Counted from the stretch's first letter, positions 20,615-30,400 are shown. The stretch is 64,000 nt of DNA from Xanthobacteraceae bacterium (GCA_035651875.1 DASRET010000080.1:13790-77789); one strand, 5' to 3'. Translations and numbers: made by a program. Notes: a model not told the origin generated them from the letters alone.

Positions 20615-21634
20615 TCAGCTCTTCGCCAGCGCCTGCACGGCGGCGAACAGGTCGCGCACCTGACGTTCGGCAATGTTGCGGGTGATGAAAACGATGCGGC
20701 TGTTGCGGCCGTCGTCGGGCCAGCGTTCCAGCTCGACCGGCGGATGCGCCAGATGCTGGACGTACTGGATCACCACCGGCCCGCGGCAGCCGGCGACATT
20801 AAGCAGACCCTTGACGCGCAACAGGTCGGCGCCGCGTAGCGCGCTCAGCGTTTCCATGGCGCGCGTAAATGTCGGCCATTCGAGCGGCTCGGCGGTTTCG
20901 ATGACGAAGCTCGCGATGCCGTCGGAATGCTCGGCCTCGGCCACGAAGCCGGAGCGCTCGCTGTCGGCCGGCGTGATCATGCGCTCCGGATCGAGCGCGC
21001 CGGCGATCGCCACGTCGATGTCGGCGCGCGGATTGAGCTGGCGTAACCGGCGCTTCAAGCTGTCCACGGCGGCCGCATCGGCCAAATCGGTTTTCGAGAT
21101 CACGATGCGATCGGCGAGGATCGCTTGCTTGCGCGCCTCGGCGGTGGCGGCGAGATTGGCTTCGCCGTTGACTGCGTCGACCACCGCCAGCACGGCGTCG
21201 ACGTGAAACTCGCCGCCGAGCGCGCGGTCGGTGGAGAACGTCTGCAGGATCGGTCCCGGATCGGCGAGGCCGGAGGTTTCGATCACCACGCGACCGAACG
21301 GCGGCACGCTGCCGCGCTCGCGGTCGAAGATGAGCCGGCGCAAAGCGAGCTGCAGGTCGCTGCGCGTAATGCAACAGATGCAGCCATTGCCGAGCAGCAC
21401 GGTCTCGTCGGCGCTGCCGCGCACCAGCGCGTCGTCGATGCCGACGGCGCCGAATTCGTTGACGATGACCGCGGTGCCGGCGCCCTGCGGCGACGAAAGA
21501 AAGCGGCGCAACAGCGTAGTCTTGCCGGCGCCCAGAAACCCGGTGACGACGCTCACCGGAATTTTTGCACCGCGCTCACGCTTTTGCCGCCGCCCGAACG
21601 GGCCGGCCTCACGCGAGGGGAAGAGGTCGAGCAT
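20615..21634 (-). CDS. COG0523 / CobW-family GTPase metallochaperone
   Basis: P-loop ...VVTGFLGAGKTTLL..., metal motif ...GNGCICCI..., C-terminal CobW_C-like domain. Confidence 0.85.
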   Translation of the reverse strand: MLDLFPSREAGPFGRRQKRERGAKIPVSVVTGFLGAGKTTLLRRFLSSPQGAGTAVIVNEFGAVGIDDALVRGSADETVLLGNGCICCITRSDLQLALRRLIFDRERGSVPPFGRVVIETSGLADPGPILQTFSTDRALGGEFHVDAVLAVVDAVNGEANLAATAEARKQAILADRIVISKTDLADAAAVDSLKRRLRQLNPRADIDVAIAGALDPERMITPADSERSGFVAEAEHSDGIASFVIETAEPLEWPTFTRAMETLSALRGADLLRVKGLLNVAGCRGPVVIQYVQHLAHPPVELERWPDDGRNSRIVFITRNIAERQVRDLFAAVQALAKS

Positions 21635-21666
21635 GGTAGCTTCGCGGGTCGCGTCTCTAACCGCTC

Positions 21667-21715
21667 ATTCCCGCGTAAGCGGGAATCCAGCCTGGGTCCC
21701 CGCTTTCGCGGGGAC
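21667..21715. repeat. REP-like element, two hairpins
   Basis: Hairpins attcccgc-gtaa-gcgggaat (21667-21686) and gtccccgc-tttc-gcggggac (21696-21715), immediately 3' of the LVIVD gene. May act as a terminator. Confidence 0.7.
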
Positions 21716-21747
21716 GAGCGGAAGCTGGGCGCGGTGCCTCAACATCA

Positions 21748-22989
21748 TCAAAAATCCATCTCCAGGATGTACAGCCCGCCGACGTGGCGATCGACGGTGT
21801 AGACGATGGCGCGCTCGTCGACGAATACGTCGTTCATCTGGATGGTGCCGGTCGGCGCGCCGGACGGCGCCGGCGGCATGAAGATGCCGACTTCCTTGGG
21901 CTGGAACGGATTGGAGATGTCGTAGGCGCGCAAGCCGCCGTTGAAGAACGTGCCGAGCACGATCTGGTCGGATTGCCACGCCGTCGGCAACGGCACGTTC
22001 TCGTGGATGTTATGGGCGCCGAAGCGGCCGGCCTTGGCATAGATGGTGTGGTCCGGCATCGGACAGGTCGCGATCGGGACCAGATTGGTCTCCTCGCGGG
22101 CGTCGAGGATCCAGATCAGCTTCGGCCAGTCCTTGCAGTTATTCTCGGTTGCCTCGTCGGTCACCAGCATCAGGCCGCGGTCAAACAGCGGCACGATGGT
22201 GTGCATGAAGCCGGTATAGGGCGGCGAGTTGGTCCACTGCGAAATTTTCTTCGGGTTCGCCTTGTCGGAGATGTCGAGCACGAACATGCCGCCGTCGATA
22301 TAGGCGAGGTAGCAGCGGTCCGGCCGCTGCGGATAGACGTTGCAGTTGTGGGCGCGATAGCCCTTGTCGAGCGGATGGCGTGGCGGCGGCATGACATTAT
22401 CGCCCTGCCGGGTGCCGGGCATCCACCAGCGGCCGACCTCGACCGGCTTCGACGGATTGCGCACGTCGACGCAGCGGTAGAACTGGTCGTCCTGCGGATG
22501 GGTCGGCGTGAAGTCGCGCGAGCCCGAGGCGCAGTGCACGTATTCGCCGTCGCAGAACCACAGCTGGTGCACGCCGCGCGAATGCGGGCCGGAGCAGTCG
22601 AAGAACGAGATCGATTTCGGATTTTCCGGCTTGGAGATATCGAACAGCTCGAAGCCCGCAGGCTGCACGTCCTTCTTCTGGGTCTGATAGGCCACCGCCA
22701 TCAGGTTGCCGCAGGTCTCCAGCGAATTCGACCGCATGTTGGCGTGCGGCAGATCGGTCTGGCACACTACCTTGGGCTTGCGCGGGTCGGACACGTCGAC
22801 CGCTGTGAAATTCTTCGGCGCGCTCTCGTGCGCGAGCCAGATGATGCGCCGCCCATCCGGCGCGATCTGCACCGACATGCCTTCGCCCATGCCGCCGAAG
22901 CCCGCCAGCATGTCGTGCGCCAATAGCTTGAAATTCCAGGTGACGGGTTGATAGGTCGAGGTCAGCGGGCTTGTTTCAGTGGCGGCCAT
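21748..22989 (-). CDS. LVIVD-repeat beta-propeller protein
   Basis: Recurrent x-D-(I/V)-S-(D/N/K)-P-x-x-P units: FTAVDVSDPRKPKVV, FELFDISKPENPKSI, CVDVRNPSKPVEV, MFVLDISDKANPKKI, LRAYDISNPFQPKEV, ending GGLYILEMDF. Confidence 0.7.
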   Translation of the reverse strand: MAATETSPLTSTYQPVTWNFKLLAHDMLAGFGGMGEGMSVQIAPDGRRIIWLAHESAPKNFTAVDVSDPRKPKVVCQTDLPHANMRSNSLETCGNLMAVAYQTQKKDVQPAGFELFDISKPENPKSISFFDCSGPHSRGVHQLWFCDGEYVHCASGSRDFTPTHPQDDQFYRCVDVRNPSKPVEVGRWWMPGTRQGDNVMPPPRHPLDKGYRAHNCNVYPQRPDRCYLAYIDGGMFVLDISDKANPKKISQWTNSPPYTGFMHTIVPLFDRGLMLVTDEATENNCKDWPKLIWILDAREETNLVPIATCPMPDHTIYAKAGRFGAHNIHENVPLPTAWQSDQIVLGTFFNGGLRAYDISNPFQPKEVGIFMPPAPSGAPTGTIQMNDVFVDERAIVYTVDRHVGGLYILEMDF

Positions 22990-23039
22990 TTAGGGGTCTC
23001 CTCCAGTTCTAGCTTGCGTTCGGTGATTGGCGCAGAATT

Positions 23040-23398
23040 TTATAGGTCGCCTTCGCGCCGAAGTCTCTCCAGCGCCGATTGGATCGCAGCTCTTAACGGT
23101 TGCAGATCTTCGTTGACTATTCTCCAGATGAAGATGGGATCGACGCGATCATATTCGTGTCGCAATATATTTCCCACCGCACGATTTGTCCCCAAGGCTG
23201 GTCTGGTATGATGCTCTCGATCGGGCCTTTCAGCTTGCTCGCGGCTTCTGAAATTCGCGATATACATCGTTCCACGGCGTCCTGGCACATACGATCCTGT
23301 ACAAAAGTCTCGTATGAATGATTTTTCGCATAGCCTTCGATGAGTTCGATATTTGCTAGAATGTCTTCAAGGCGCGAAATCGGATTTTCAGAAGGCAA
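23040..23398 (-). pseudogene. hepT: HepT (DUF86/HEPN) toxin, disrupted by a 1-nt frameshift
   Basis: The N-terminal half (...ISRLEDILANIELIEGYAKNHSYETFVQDRMCQDAVERCISRISEAASKL...DQPWGQIV) is in the frame of ORF 23117-23461. The C-terminal half (...AVGNILRHEYDRVDPIFIWRIVNEDLQPL...) is in the frame of ORF 23040-23288. The switch lies near 23180-23200. A candidate TTG start at 23398 overlaps the mntA stop. Confidence 0.7.
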
Positions 23399-23696
23399 CG
23401 ACGCGGTCCTTCTCAATCTCGCGTCGCAACCGATCCTTCTGGATGGGCTCGGCAACGACATCGACCGGTCGTTCGAGTATCTCCGACAATCGACGGATTA
23501 GCGAGTCGAGCCGGCCAAAATACGCAAACCCGCCGCTGCGGGCTTCCTCCGTCAACCCGACAACGACATCGACGTCCGAATCCTCGCGCTGCTCGCCGCG
23601 GGCGGCCGAGCCGAACAGCGCCAAGCTGGTGACGCCGGCGGCCCGGAGTTCGCGCTCGTGGGCCCGCAGTTTGGCTATGATATCGTCGCGGCTCAT
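23388..23696 (-). CDS. mntA: MntA-type nucleotidyltransferase antitoxin
   Basis: 102 aa with the GSx10DxD motif ...LALFGSAARGEQREDSDVDVVV.... Confidence 0.85.
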   Translation of the reverse strand: MSRDDIIAKLRAHERELRAAGVTSLALFGSAARGEQREDSDVDVVVGLTEEARSGGFAYFGRLDSLIRRLSEILERPVDVVAEPIQKDRLRREIEKDRVVAF

Positions 23697-23711
23697 AAGC
23701 GCATAATACGC

Positions 23712-24713
23712 CTAGCCGCGGGCCTTTTCCATGAAATCCGGACGCAGCGCCTTGCTCCAGTCCGGCACCGACTTGATGGTGTTGTTCTTGAGCAGGATGT
23801 CGGCCTGCTGCTGCATGTAGGACTTCATGTCGGGAAAGCCGGGCTTGACCTCGACCCGCGACAGCGCGGTGGAGAAGGTCTCGGGGGACATCTTATAGCC
23901 CTTGCTGGCATAAAACTGGTAGATCGTGTCGTTGACCTTCTTGGCGTTGTTTTTGAAGTCATTGGCGGCGTCGAGCCAGGCCTTCAGGTAGGCGACGATG
24001 ACGTCGGGCCGCTTCTCCACCATGTCGGGGGTGGCGGCCATGAATACCGGCATCGGGTCGAAGCTGGAAAAATCGACCAGGTCGCTGCCGATGCCGTCGT
24101 TCACGGCGATGACGTTATAAGGCTCGACGTTGACCATGGCGTCCACCGTCTTGGCGGAAAGCGCGGCCACCATGTTGGTGATGTCCATGCGGATTTCCTG
24201 GTAGTCGCCCTTGTGCAGGCCATAATGCGGCAGGACGACGTCGACCAGATCGTTGCCGACCGACGAGCCGGTCAGGTTGGCGATGCGCTTGCCGCGCAGC
24301 TGTTCGGGCTTGGTGATGTTCAAGTCCTTGCGCGTGGTGATGCGCGCGGTCTTGCCGACGGTCTCGATCACCGCGATGGCGATCAGCCCGCCCTTGACGT
24401 TACCGATGATGAACGACGGCCCCGCATAGGTGCCGAGATCGACCTGCCGCGCCACCATCTGCTGCATGGTGACATTGCCGGACGGCACGGCGAATTCCTC
24501 GACCGCAAGGCCGTGCTTCTGCAGATAGCCGGACTCGATCAGATAATAGGTCGGCATGCCCCAGATGTTGGTCTGGTAGCCCTGGCGGATCGTTTCCGCC
24601 GCGGCGGCGCGGCGCGGCGCGCCGAGCCCGGCAGCGACCAGGCCGGCGCCGGTCGCGGCGAGATAATTGCGGCGGGTGATGAGCGTTTGTTCGGTCTGTG
24701 ATTGCTTGGCCAT
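23712..24713 (-). CDS. ABC transporter substrate-binding protein (NMT1/NitT-TauT type) with Tat-like signal
   Basis: MAKQSQTEQTLITRRNYLAATGAGLVAAGLGAP.... SD GGAGGA lies upstream of ATG 24713. Co-directional with the ATPase gene. Confidence 0.8.
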   Translation of the reverse strand: MAKQSQTEQTLITRRNYLAATGAGLVAAGLGAPRRAAAAETIRQGYQTNIWGMPTYYLIESGYLQKHGLAVEEFAVPSGNVTMQQMVARQVDLGTYAGPSFIIGNVKGGLIAIAVIETVGKTARITTRKDLNITKPEQLRGKRIANLTGSSVGNDLVDVVLPHYGLHKGDYQEIRMDITNMVAALSAKTVDAMVNVEPYNVIAVNDGIGSDLVDFSSFDPMPVFMAATPDMVEKRPDVIVAYLKAWLDAANDFKNNAKKVNDTIYQFYASKGYKMSPETFSTALSRVEVKPGFPDMKSYMQQQADILLKNNTIKSVPDWSKALRPDFMEKARG

Positions 24714-24751
24714 GGGCGTCCTCCGGAAATTTATCGAAACGAGCGTCGTCT

Positions 24752-25732
24752 TCATTGATCCTGCTGCAGGCCGAATTCTTTGACCGCCGGCACCACGTCG
24801 TCCAGGGTCTTCTGCATGACTGCGCCGAATTCACGCGGGCTGGACGAGACCGGGATCGAGCCGGCGGTCTCGATCAGCGACCGGTAGCCCGGCGAGGCGA
24901 CGATCGGCGCGATGGCGGCATTGAGTTTGTCGATGATCGGCTCGGGCGTGCCGGCGCCGGCGCAGACGCCGAGCCAGCCGAAGCGGACGAAATCGAAGCC
25001 GACCTCTTTGAGCGTCGGCACTTCGGGCAGATTGTTCAGCCGCTCCGGGCTGGTGGTCGCCAGAATTTTCAAATTCCCGGCTTTGTAGTGCGGCATGATG
25101 GCGAGCGTCGGCGAGGGATAGAGATCGACGCGGCCGGCGACCAGCTCCTGCACGATCTGAATGCCGCCGCGAAACGGAATGCGGTTCATGGTGACGCCGG
25201 CAAGCTTGCCGAGCTCGCGCGCCATGATCTCCTGTGCCGAGCCGGCGCCGACGGTCGCGTAGGTGACTTCGCCGGGATGCGCCTTGGCGTAGGCGACGAA
25301 CGATTTGAAACCCTGCGCCGGGATCGCGTTCGACAGGGCGAGGCCGTAATAATACTTGGCGATCAGCGTCACCGGCGCGATATCGGCGAGCTTGTAGCCG
25401 AGGTTGCGGTAGACGGCGACATTGGTGGCGTCGAAATGCGTGCAGAGCAAAAGCGCGTAGCCGTCGCGCGGCTGTGCCAGCACGTCGCGCGTGGCGACGA
25501 TGCCGCCGGCCGCCGGCTTGTTCTCGACCACCACCGGCTGGCCGAGCGCGGCGCCGAGTTTGTCGGCGATGAAACGCGCCGGAATGTCGGTCGGCCCACC
25601 GGCGCCGAAGCCGACCACGAGGCGGATCGGGCGGGTCGGATAGGTGTCGGCGGCCTGCGCTGAGGATGCACAGAGCGCAAACGTCGCGAGAACGACCGCG
25701 GCGCATCGTGCAGATGAAACATGAAGCGGCAT
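24752..25732 (-). CDS. Bug/TctC-family (tripartite tricarboxylate transporter) substrate-binding protein
   Basis: ...AADTYPTRPIRLVVGFGAGGPTDIPARFIADKLGAALGQPVVVENKPAAGG... is the canonical Bug N-terminal signature. Confidence 0.85.
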   Translation of the reverse strand: MPLHVSSARCAAVVLATFALCASSAQAADTYPTRPIRLVVGFGAGGPTDIPARFIADKLGAALGQPVVVENKPAAGGIVATRDVLAQPRDGYALLLCTHFDATNVAVYRNLGYKLADIAPVTLIAKYYYGLALSNAIPAQGFKSFVAYAKAHPGEVTYATVGAGSAQEIMARELGKLAGVTMNRIPFRGGIQIVQELVAGRVDLYPSPTLAIMPHYKAGNLKILATTSPERLNNLPEVPTLKEVGFDFVRFGWLGVCAGAGTPEPIIDKLNAAIAPIVASPGYRSLIETAGSIPVSSSPREFGAVMQKTLDDVVPAVKEFGLQQDQ

Positions 25733-25733
25733 A

Positions 25734-26510
25734 TCAGTGGCTCTGCATTGGCTGCGCCGCCGTATCCTGGCCGAGCAGGCGCAGCAGCTCTTTCTGCTGC
25801 TCCAAAAACTCGACGCTCAATGGATCGCGCGGCCGCGACAGGCGGATTTTGACCTCGGTCTTCACCGTGCCCGGATGCGGCGTCATCACCAGGACGCGAT
25901 CGGCGAGATAAACGGCTTCGGCGACGTTGTGGGTCACGTAGATCACCGTCTTGCGGGTGGTGCGCCAGACCTCGGCGAGCAGCCGCTGCATGTCGTCACG
26001 CGTCAACGCATCGAGCGCCGCGAACGGCTCGTCCATCAGAAGCACCGCCGGATTGTAAGCCAGCGCGCGGGCGATCGCGACCCGCTGCTGCATGCCGCCG
26101 GACAGGTGATGCGGATAGGAGCGGGCGAAGTTTTCCAGCTTGACCAGGCGCAACTGCTCGAGCGCGATGCGCTCGCGTTCGGCCTTGGGCAACCCTTTCA
26201 TCTCCAGCCCGAAGGCGACGTTGCCGAGCGCGGTGCGCCACGGAAACAGCTGGGCGAAATCCTGAAACACCACGCCGCGATCCATGCCGTAGCCGTGCAC
26301 TGGCCTACCGCCAACGTGGATTTCACCGGCGCTCGGGGTGAGAAAGCCGGCGATGATGTTGAGCAGCGTTGATTTGCCGCAGCCGCTCGGCCCGACGATG
26401 CAGAGGAATTCGGACGCCTCGATCGCGAAGCTGACGCCGCGCACGCCCGGCACCGCACCGCCCGGCGTGTCGTAAACCAGCGTTATGTCGCGCGCCTCGA
26501 TATGGGCCAT
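25734..26510 (-). CDS. ABC transporter ATP-binding protein (NitT/TauT family)
   Basis: Walker A GPSGCGKST, signature LSGGMQQR, Walker B LLMDEPF. Confidence 0.9.
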   Translation of the reverse strand: MAHIEARDITLVYDTPGGAVPGVRGVSFAIEASEFLCIVGPSGCGKSTLLNIIAGFLTPSAGEIHVGGRPVHGYGMDRGVVFQDFAQLFPWRTALGNVAFGLEMKGLPKAERERIALEQLRLVKLENFARSYPHHLSGGMQQRVAIARALAYNPAVLLMDEPFAALDALTRDDMQRLLAEVWRTTRKTVIYVTHNVAEAVYLADRVLVMTPHPGTVKTEVKIRLSRPRDPLSVEFLEQQKELLRLLGQDTAAQPMQSH

Positions 26511-26645
26511 CGCGGCTTCCTCGGTCGCTTTCCCTCAACTAACATGCGGCTTCTTGCAAAGGCGCGCATTGCTGCCGGCGGGCGGCGCCCGCTTTGTGCC
26601 AGAAGCCGCCGGGCCGGACCAGCCGGCAAAACGGGGAGCGTCATC

Positions 26646-27644
26646 GTGTCAAGGATCGTGCAAAGCATCGGGACCATCGGCGCCATTGTGGTTGCGGCGA
26701 TCGCGTTAACGGTCGGCGCCGCGCCGGTCGCGGTGCGGGCGCAGACCTATCCGAGCCGGCCGATCCATCTGATCGTCAATTTTGCACCGGGCGGTGCCGG
26801 CGACATTTTGGGTCGCATCATCGGCAACCAGCTCAGCGCCGAGCTCAAGCAGTCGGTCGTGGTGGAGAACCATTCCGGCGCCGGCGGCACCATCGGCGCC
26901 CGCGACACGGTCAACGCCGCGCCCGACGGCTACACGCTCGCGGTAGGCCAGACGCCCGAGATCGCCATCAATCCGTATTTCATGAAAAACGTCGGCTACG
27001 ACACGCTCAAGGATTTGCAGCCGATCGCGCTCGCCGGCGTCATGCCGCTGGCGCTGGTGGTGCCGCCGCAATCGCCGTATGCGACCGCTGCGCAATGGGT
27101 GGCGGCCTTGCGCGCCAACGCGCCGATGAATTTTGCCTCCGCCGGCATCGGCACGCCGGGCCATCTCGCCGGCGAGTTGCTCAAGCTCAAGCTCGACCCA
27201 AAGCTCGTGCACGTGCCCTACAAGGGCGCCGGCCCGGCGCTCAACGACGTCGCCGGCGGCCAGGTCGACTTCTATTTCCCGGCGGCGGCGAGCGGCATGC
27301 CGCTGGTGCAGGGCGGCCGCGTCAAGCTGCTCGCGGTGTCGAGCGCCAAGCGGGCCAGCGTCGTTCCTGATATCCCGACCGTGGCCGAGGCGACCGGCAT
27401 TTCCAATTTCGATTTCACGCTGTGGGTCGGCTTCTTCGCGCCGCGCGCGGTGCCGAAGGACATCGTCACGCGGCTTCACGACGCAATCAACAAGATCATC
27501 CTCGAACCCGACATCAAGAAGAAGCTCGAAAGCACCGGCTCCAACGTCGAGGCGATGTCGATCGAGCAATTCGACGCGTTCGTGCGCGCCGACATCGGGC
27601 GTTACCGCGCGATCATCGAGCAGGCCAATCTGAAGCCCGAGTAA
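26646..27644 (+). CDS. Bug/TctC-family substrate-binding protein
   Basis: GTG 26646 follows SD GGGGAG. ...AQTYPSRPIHLIVNFAPGGAGDILGRIIGNQLSAELKQSVVVENHSGAGG.... Confidence 0.85.
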   Translation: MSRIVQSIGTIGAIVVAAIALTVGAAPVAVRAQTYPSRPIHLIVNFAPGGAGDILGRIIGNQLSAELKQSVVVENHSGAGGTIGARDTVNAAPDGYTLAVGQTPEIAINPYFMKNVGYDTLKDLQPIALAGVMPLALVVPPQSPYATAAQWVAALRANAPMNFASAGIGTPGHLAGELLKLKLDPKLVHVPYKGAGPALNDVAGGQVDFYFPAAASGMPLVQGGRVKLLAVSSAKRASVVPDIPTVAEATGISNFDFTLWVGFFAPRAVPKDIVTRLHDAINKIILEPDIKKKLESTGSNVEAMSIEQFDAFVRADIGRYRAIIEQANLKPE

Positions 27645-27685
27645 AGCGCGACAGATAAAATCGGTACTTCCGCGCGGTGTGGGGG

Positions 27686-28471
27686 TTACCCCTTCGCCAT
27701 CCGCGCCATGCCCCAGCGGTAGATCGTGGCGCGTTCGAGCGCGCCGAATACCAGGCGCTCGGTGGCGAAGCCGATCAGCCCGATCACCACGATCGAGGCG
27801 AGCATGATATCGGCGTTGAGAAATTGCTTGGCGTCGAAGATCACCCAGCCCAGCCCCCAGTCGGACGCCGCCAGCATCTCGGCGCCGATCACCGCGATCC
27901 AGGCGCGCAGGAACGATTGGCGCAGGCCGGCGATGATGAAGGGCGAGGCGCCGGGCACGATCACCTTCCAGAACAGTTTTCGCTCGGTGGCGCCCATGGC
28001 GCCGGCGGCGCGCAGCCAGATCGGATTGACCGCGCGCACGCCCGACCAGGTATTGAGCAGCATCGGAAACAGCGCGGCGTAGAACACGATCAGCACCGTC
28101 ACCGTATTGCCGAGCCCGAACCACAGGATAAACACCGGAATCCAGGCGAGCGACGGGATCGGCATCAGCGCGCTGGCAAGCGGCAGCACGAATTGCTCGA
28201 CCGGGCGGAAGCGGCCCATCAGCACACCGACGATCAGGCCGATGAGAACCGCGAACGAGAACCCGAACAGCACGCGATAAAGCGTCGCCGCCGCGTGGCC
28301 CAGCATGGTGCCGTCGGCGAGCATGCCGACGAACGTTTGCGCCACATCGACGAGCGACGGCATCAGCGCCGGCGCAAAGGCGCCGCTGCGCGCCACCGCC
28401 TCGTAGATCGCCGCCACCACCACGATGCTGGTGGCGCCGCGCCGCCATGACCGGATGCGCTCGGCATTCAT
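27686..28471 (-). CDS. ABC transporter permease (NitT/TauT family)
   Basis: 261 aa from MNAERIRSW.... ...WSGVRAVNPIWLRAAGAMGATERKLFWKVIVPGASPFI... is the EAA-loop region. ATG 28471 overlaps the upstream permease stop (ATGA). Confidence 0.85.
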   Translation of the reverse strand: MNAERIRSWRRGATSIVVVAAIYEAVARSGAFAPALMPSLVDVAQTFVGMLADGTMLGHAAATLYRVLFGFSFAVLIGLIVGVLMGRFRPVEQFVLPLASALMPIPSLAWIPVFILWFGLGNTVTVLIVFYAALFPMLLNTWSGVRAVNPIWLRAAGAMGATERKLFWKVIVPGASPFIIAGLRQSFLRAWIAVIGAEMLAASDWGLGWVIFDAKQFLNADIMLASIVVIGLIGFATERLVFGALERATIYRWGMARMAKG

Positions 28472-29289
28472 GTTGTCACCATGCCCCAGCGCACGACGGT
28501 GTAGGTTTCGAGTTTCGCAAACACCAGCTTCTCCAGCGCGAGCCCGATCGCGGCGATCACCGCGATGCCGGCGAGCATGACGTCGGTGTTGAGAAATTCC
28601 TGGGCGCCGAAGATGAGCCAGCCGAGCCCCCACGGCACGGCAGCCAGCATCTCGACCGCAACGAGGATGCGCCAAGCCTGGGCGAGTCCAAGGCGCAGCC
28701 CGGTCATGATGTAAGGGAGCGCGCCCGGCAGGATCACGTGGCGGAACAGCCGGCGGTCGTCGGCGCCCATGGCCTGCGCCGAGCGCAGCCAGATCTCCTT
28801 GACGGCTTTCACCCCGGTCCACGAATTGTAGATGATCGGGAACGCCGAAACGAAGGCGACCAAGAGCACCGACGGCACGTTGCCGGGGCCGAACCACAAC
28901 AGAAACAGCGGCGCATAGGCGAGGCCGGGGATCGGCGCGCCGATGGCGATCAGCGGCAACAGATAATCCTCGGCGGCGCGCGAGCGGCCCATCAGCACGC
29001 CGGCGGCGACGCCGAAAGCGGCGGCAAGCGCAAAGCCGGCAAGGAGCCGCAGCACGGTATCGAGCGCATGATGCGGCAGCACGCCGCTCGCCGTCAGCCG
29101 CACGAACGTGGTGCCGATCGTCTCCAAGGTCGGAAAAAATTGCGCTGGAAACAGCCCAAGATGCGCGACCGTTTCCCAGATCGCGCCGACCACGACAAAC
29201 GGCAGCGCGTTGCGCCACACGAGCTGCAGCGCGCCGCGCTCGGCGGCGGGCTGCGGCGCGATCTCGTAGGTCTGCGCGACGTTGGCCAT
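28468..29289 (-). CDS. ABC transporter permease (NitT/TauT family)
   Basis: 273 aa. ...WTGVKAVKEIWLRSAQAMGADDRRLFRHVILPGALPYI.... Confidence 0.85.
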   Translation of the reverse strand: MANVAQTYEIAPQPAAERGALQLVWRNALPFVVVGAIWETVAHLGLFPAQFFPTLETIGTTFVRLTASGVLPHHALDTVLRLLAGFALAAAFGVAAGVLMGRSRAAEDYLLPLIAIGAPIPGLAYAPLFLLWFGPGNVPSVLLVAFVSAFPIIYNSWTGVKAVKEIWLRSAQAMGADDRRLFRHVILPGALPYIMTGLRLGLAQAWRILVAVEMLAAVPWGLGWLIFGAQEFLNTDVMLAGIAVIAAIGLALEKLVFAKLETYTVVRWGMVTT

Positions 29290-29383
29290 GCGGCTTCAGT
29301 TTACGGCGGGCGCTGCGCCTTCGACAACATTGCAGCGGTCGCACGCTGTGCTAGGTAAAGTCTCGAAAACAGGGAGTTTCCGG

Positions 29384-30346
29384 ATGGCGACGCAGAAAAA
29401 CGCGCAGAAAATCGGCTGGATCGGCATGGGCCGCATGGGCGCGCCGATGGCGGAGCGGCTGGTCAAGGCCGGCCACGACGTGGCGGTGTGGAATCGCACC
29501 AAGGCCAAGGCCGAGCCGCTGCAAAAACTCGGCGCCAAGGTGGTCGACCGCCTCGCCGATCTCGCCAGCGTCGACGTCCTGTTCTCCATCGTCGCCACCG
29601 GCAAGGACGTCGAGGAAGTGCTGCTCGGCAAGGACGGTGTCGCCTCGGGCGGCAAAGTGCCGCCGGTCGTGGTCGATTGCTCGACCATCGCGGTCGAAGA
29701 ATCGAAGGCGATCCGCGAGCAGCTCAAACAACGCGGCGCTGATTTCGTTGCCGCGCCGGTGAGCGGCAACGCCAAGGTGATCAAGGCCGGCAAGCTGTCG
29801 GCGGTGGTGTCCGGCGTCGAGAGCGCGTGCCAGGCGGCGATGCCGCTGATCGAGGTGTTCGCACCGCAGGGCGTGTCCTACGTCGGCGAGGGCGAGCTGG
29901 CGCGGGTCTGCAAGATCGCCCACAACGTCATGCTCGGCGTGGTCATCGAGAACCTGATCGAGATCACGCTTTTGACCAACAAGATGGGCGTACCGCGCCA
30001 TGCGTTTCTCGCCTTCCTCAACAACGGCGTGATGGGCTCGATGTTCACGCGCTACAAATCGCCGGCTCTGGTCAATCTCGACTGGACCACGACGTTCACG
30101 CCGGAGCTGCTGCGCAAGGACCTCGACCTCGGCCTCGAAATGGGCCGCGAGATCGACGTGCCGATGCCGGTGACGGCGGCGGCGCGCGAGATGCTGCAGA
30201 GCCATTTCGGCGCCGCCACGCTGCAAAAAAATCCAGCGGAGTATCTGCAAAAGGATTTCGCCGCGCTCGCCGAAACCATGGCCCTCGCCGCCGGCATGAA
30301 GCTGCAAAGCGAGAACAAGAACGTGCCGACCGGATTGGAGAGCTGA
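29384..30346 (+). CDS. NAD(P)-dependent beta-hydroxyacid (3-hydroxyisobutyrate-type) dehydrogenase
   Basis: ATG 29384 follows SD AGGGAG. ...KIGWIGMGRMGAPMAERL... dinucleotide fold, plus ...APVSGN... and ...CKIAHN... blocks. Confidence 0.85.
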   Translation: MATQKNAQKIGWIGMGRMGAPMAERLVKAGHDVAVWNRTKAKAEPLQKLGAKVVDRLADLASVDVLFSIVATGKDVEEVLLGKDGVASGGKVPPVVVDCSTIAVEESKAIREQLKQRGADFVAAPVSGNAKVIKAGKLSAVVSGVESACQAAMPLIEVFAPQGVSYVGEGELARVCKIAHNVMLGVVIENLIEITLLTNKMGVPRHAFLAFLNNGVMGSMFTRYKSPALVNLDWTTTFTPELLRKDLDLGLEMGREIDVPMPVTAAAREMLQSHFGAATLQKNPAEYLQKDFAALAETMALAAGMKLQSENKNVPTGLES

Positions 30347-30367
30347 ACGCGGCGTGAGACGATAAAC

Positions 30368-30396
30368 TCTCCCTCCCCCTGAAAGGGGGAGGGAGA
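30368..30396 (+). promoter_or_regulatory. Perfect 12-bp stem hairpin whose 3' arm contains the Shine-Dalgarno of the next gene
   Basis: tctccctccccc-tgaaa-gggggagggaga, followed 4 nt later by ATG 30401. Confidence 0.5.
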
Positions 30397-30400
30397 AAAT

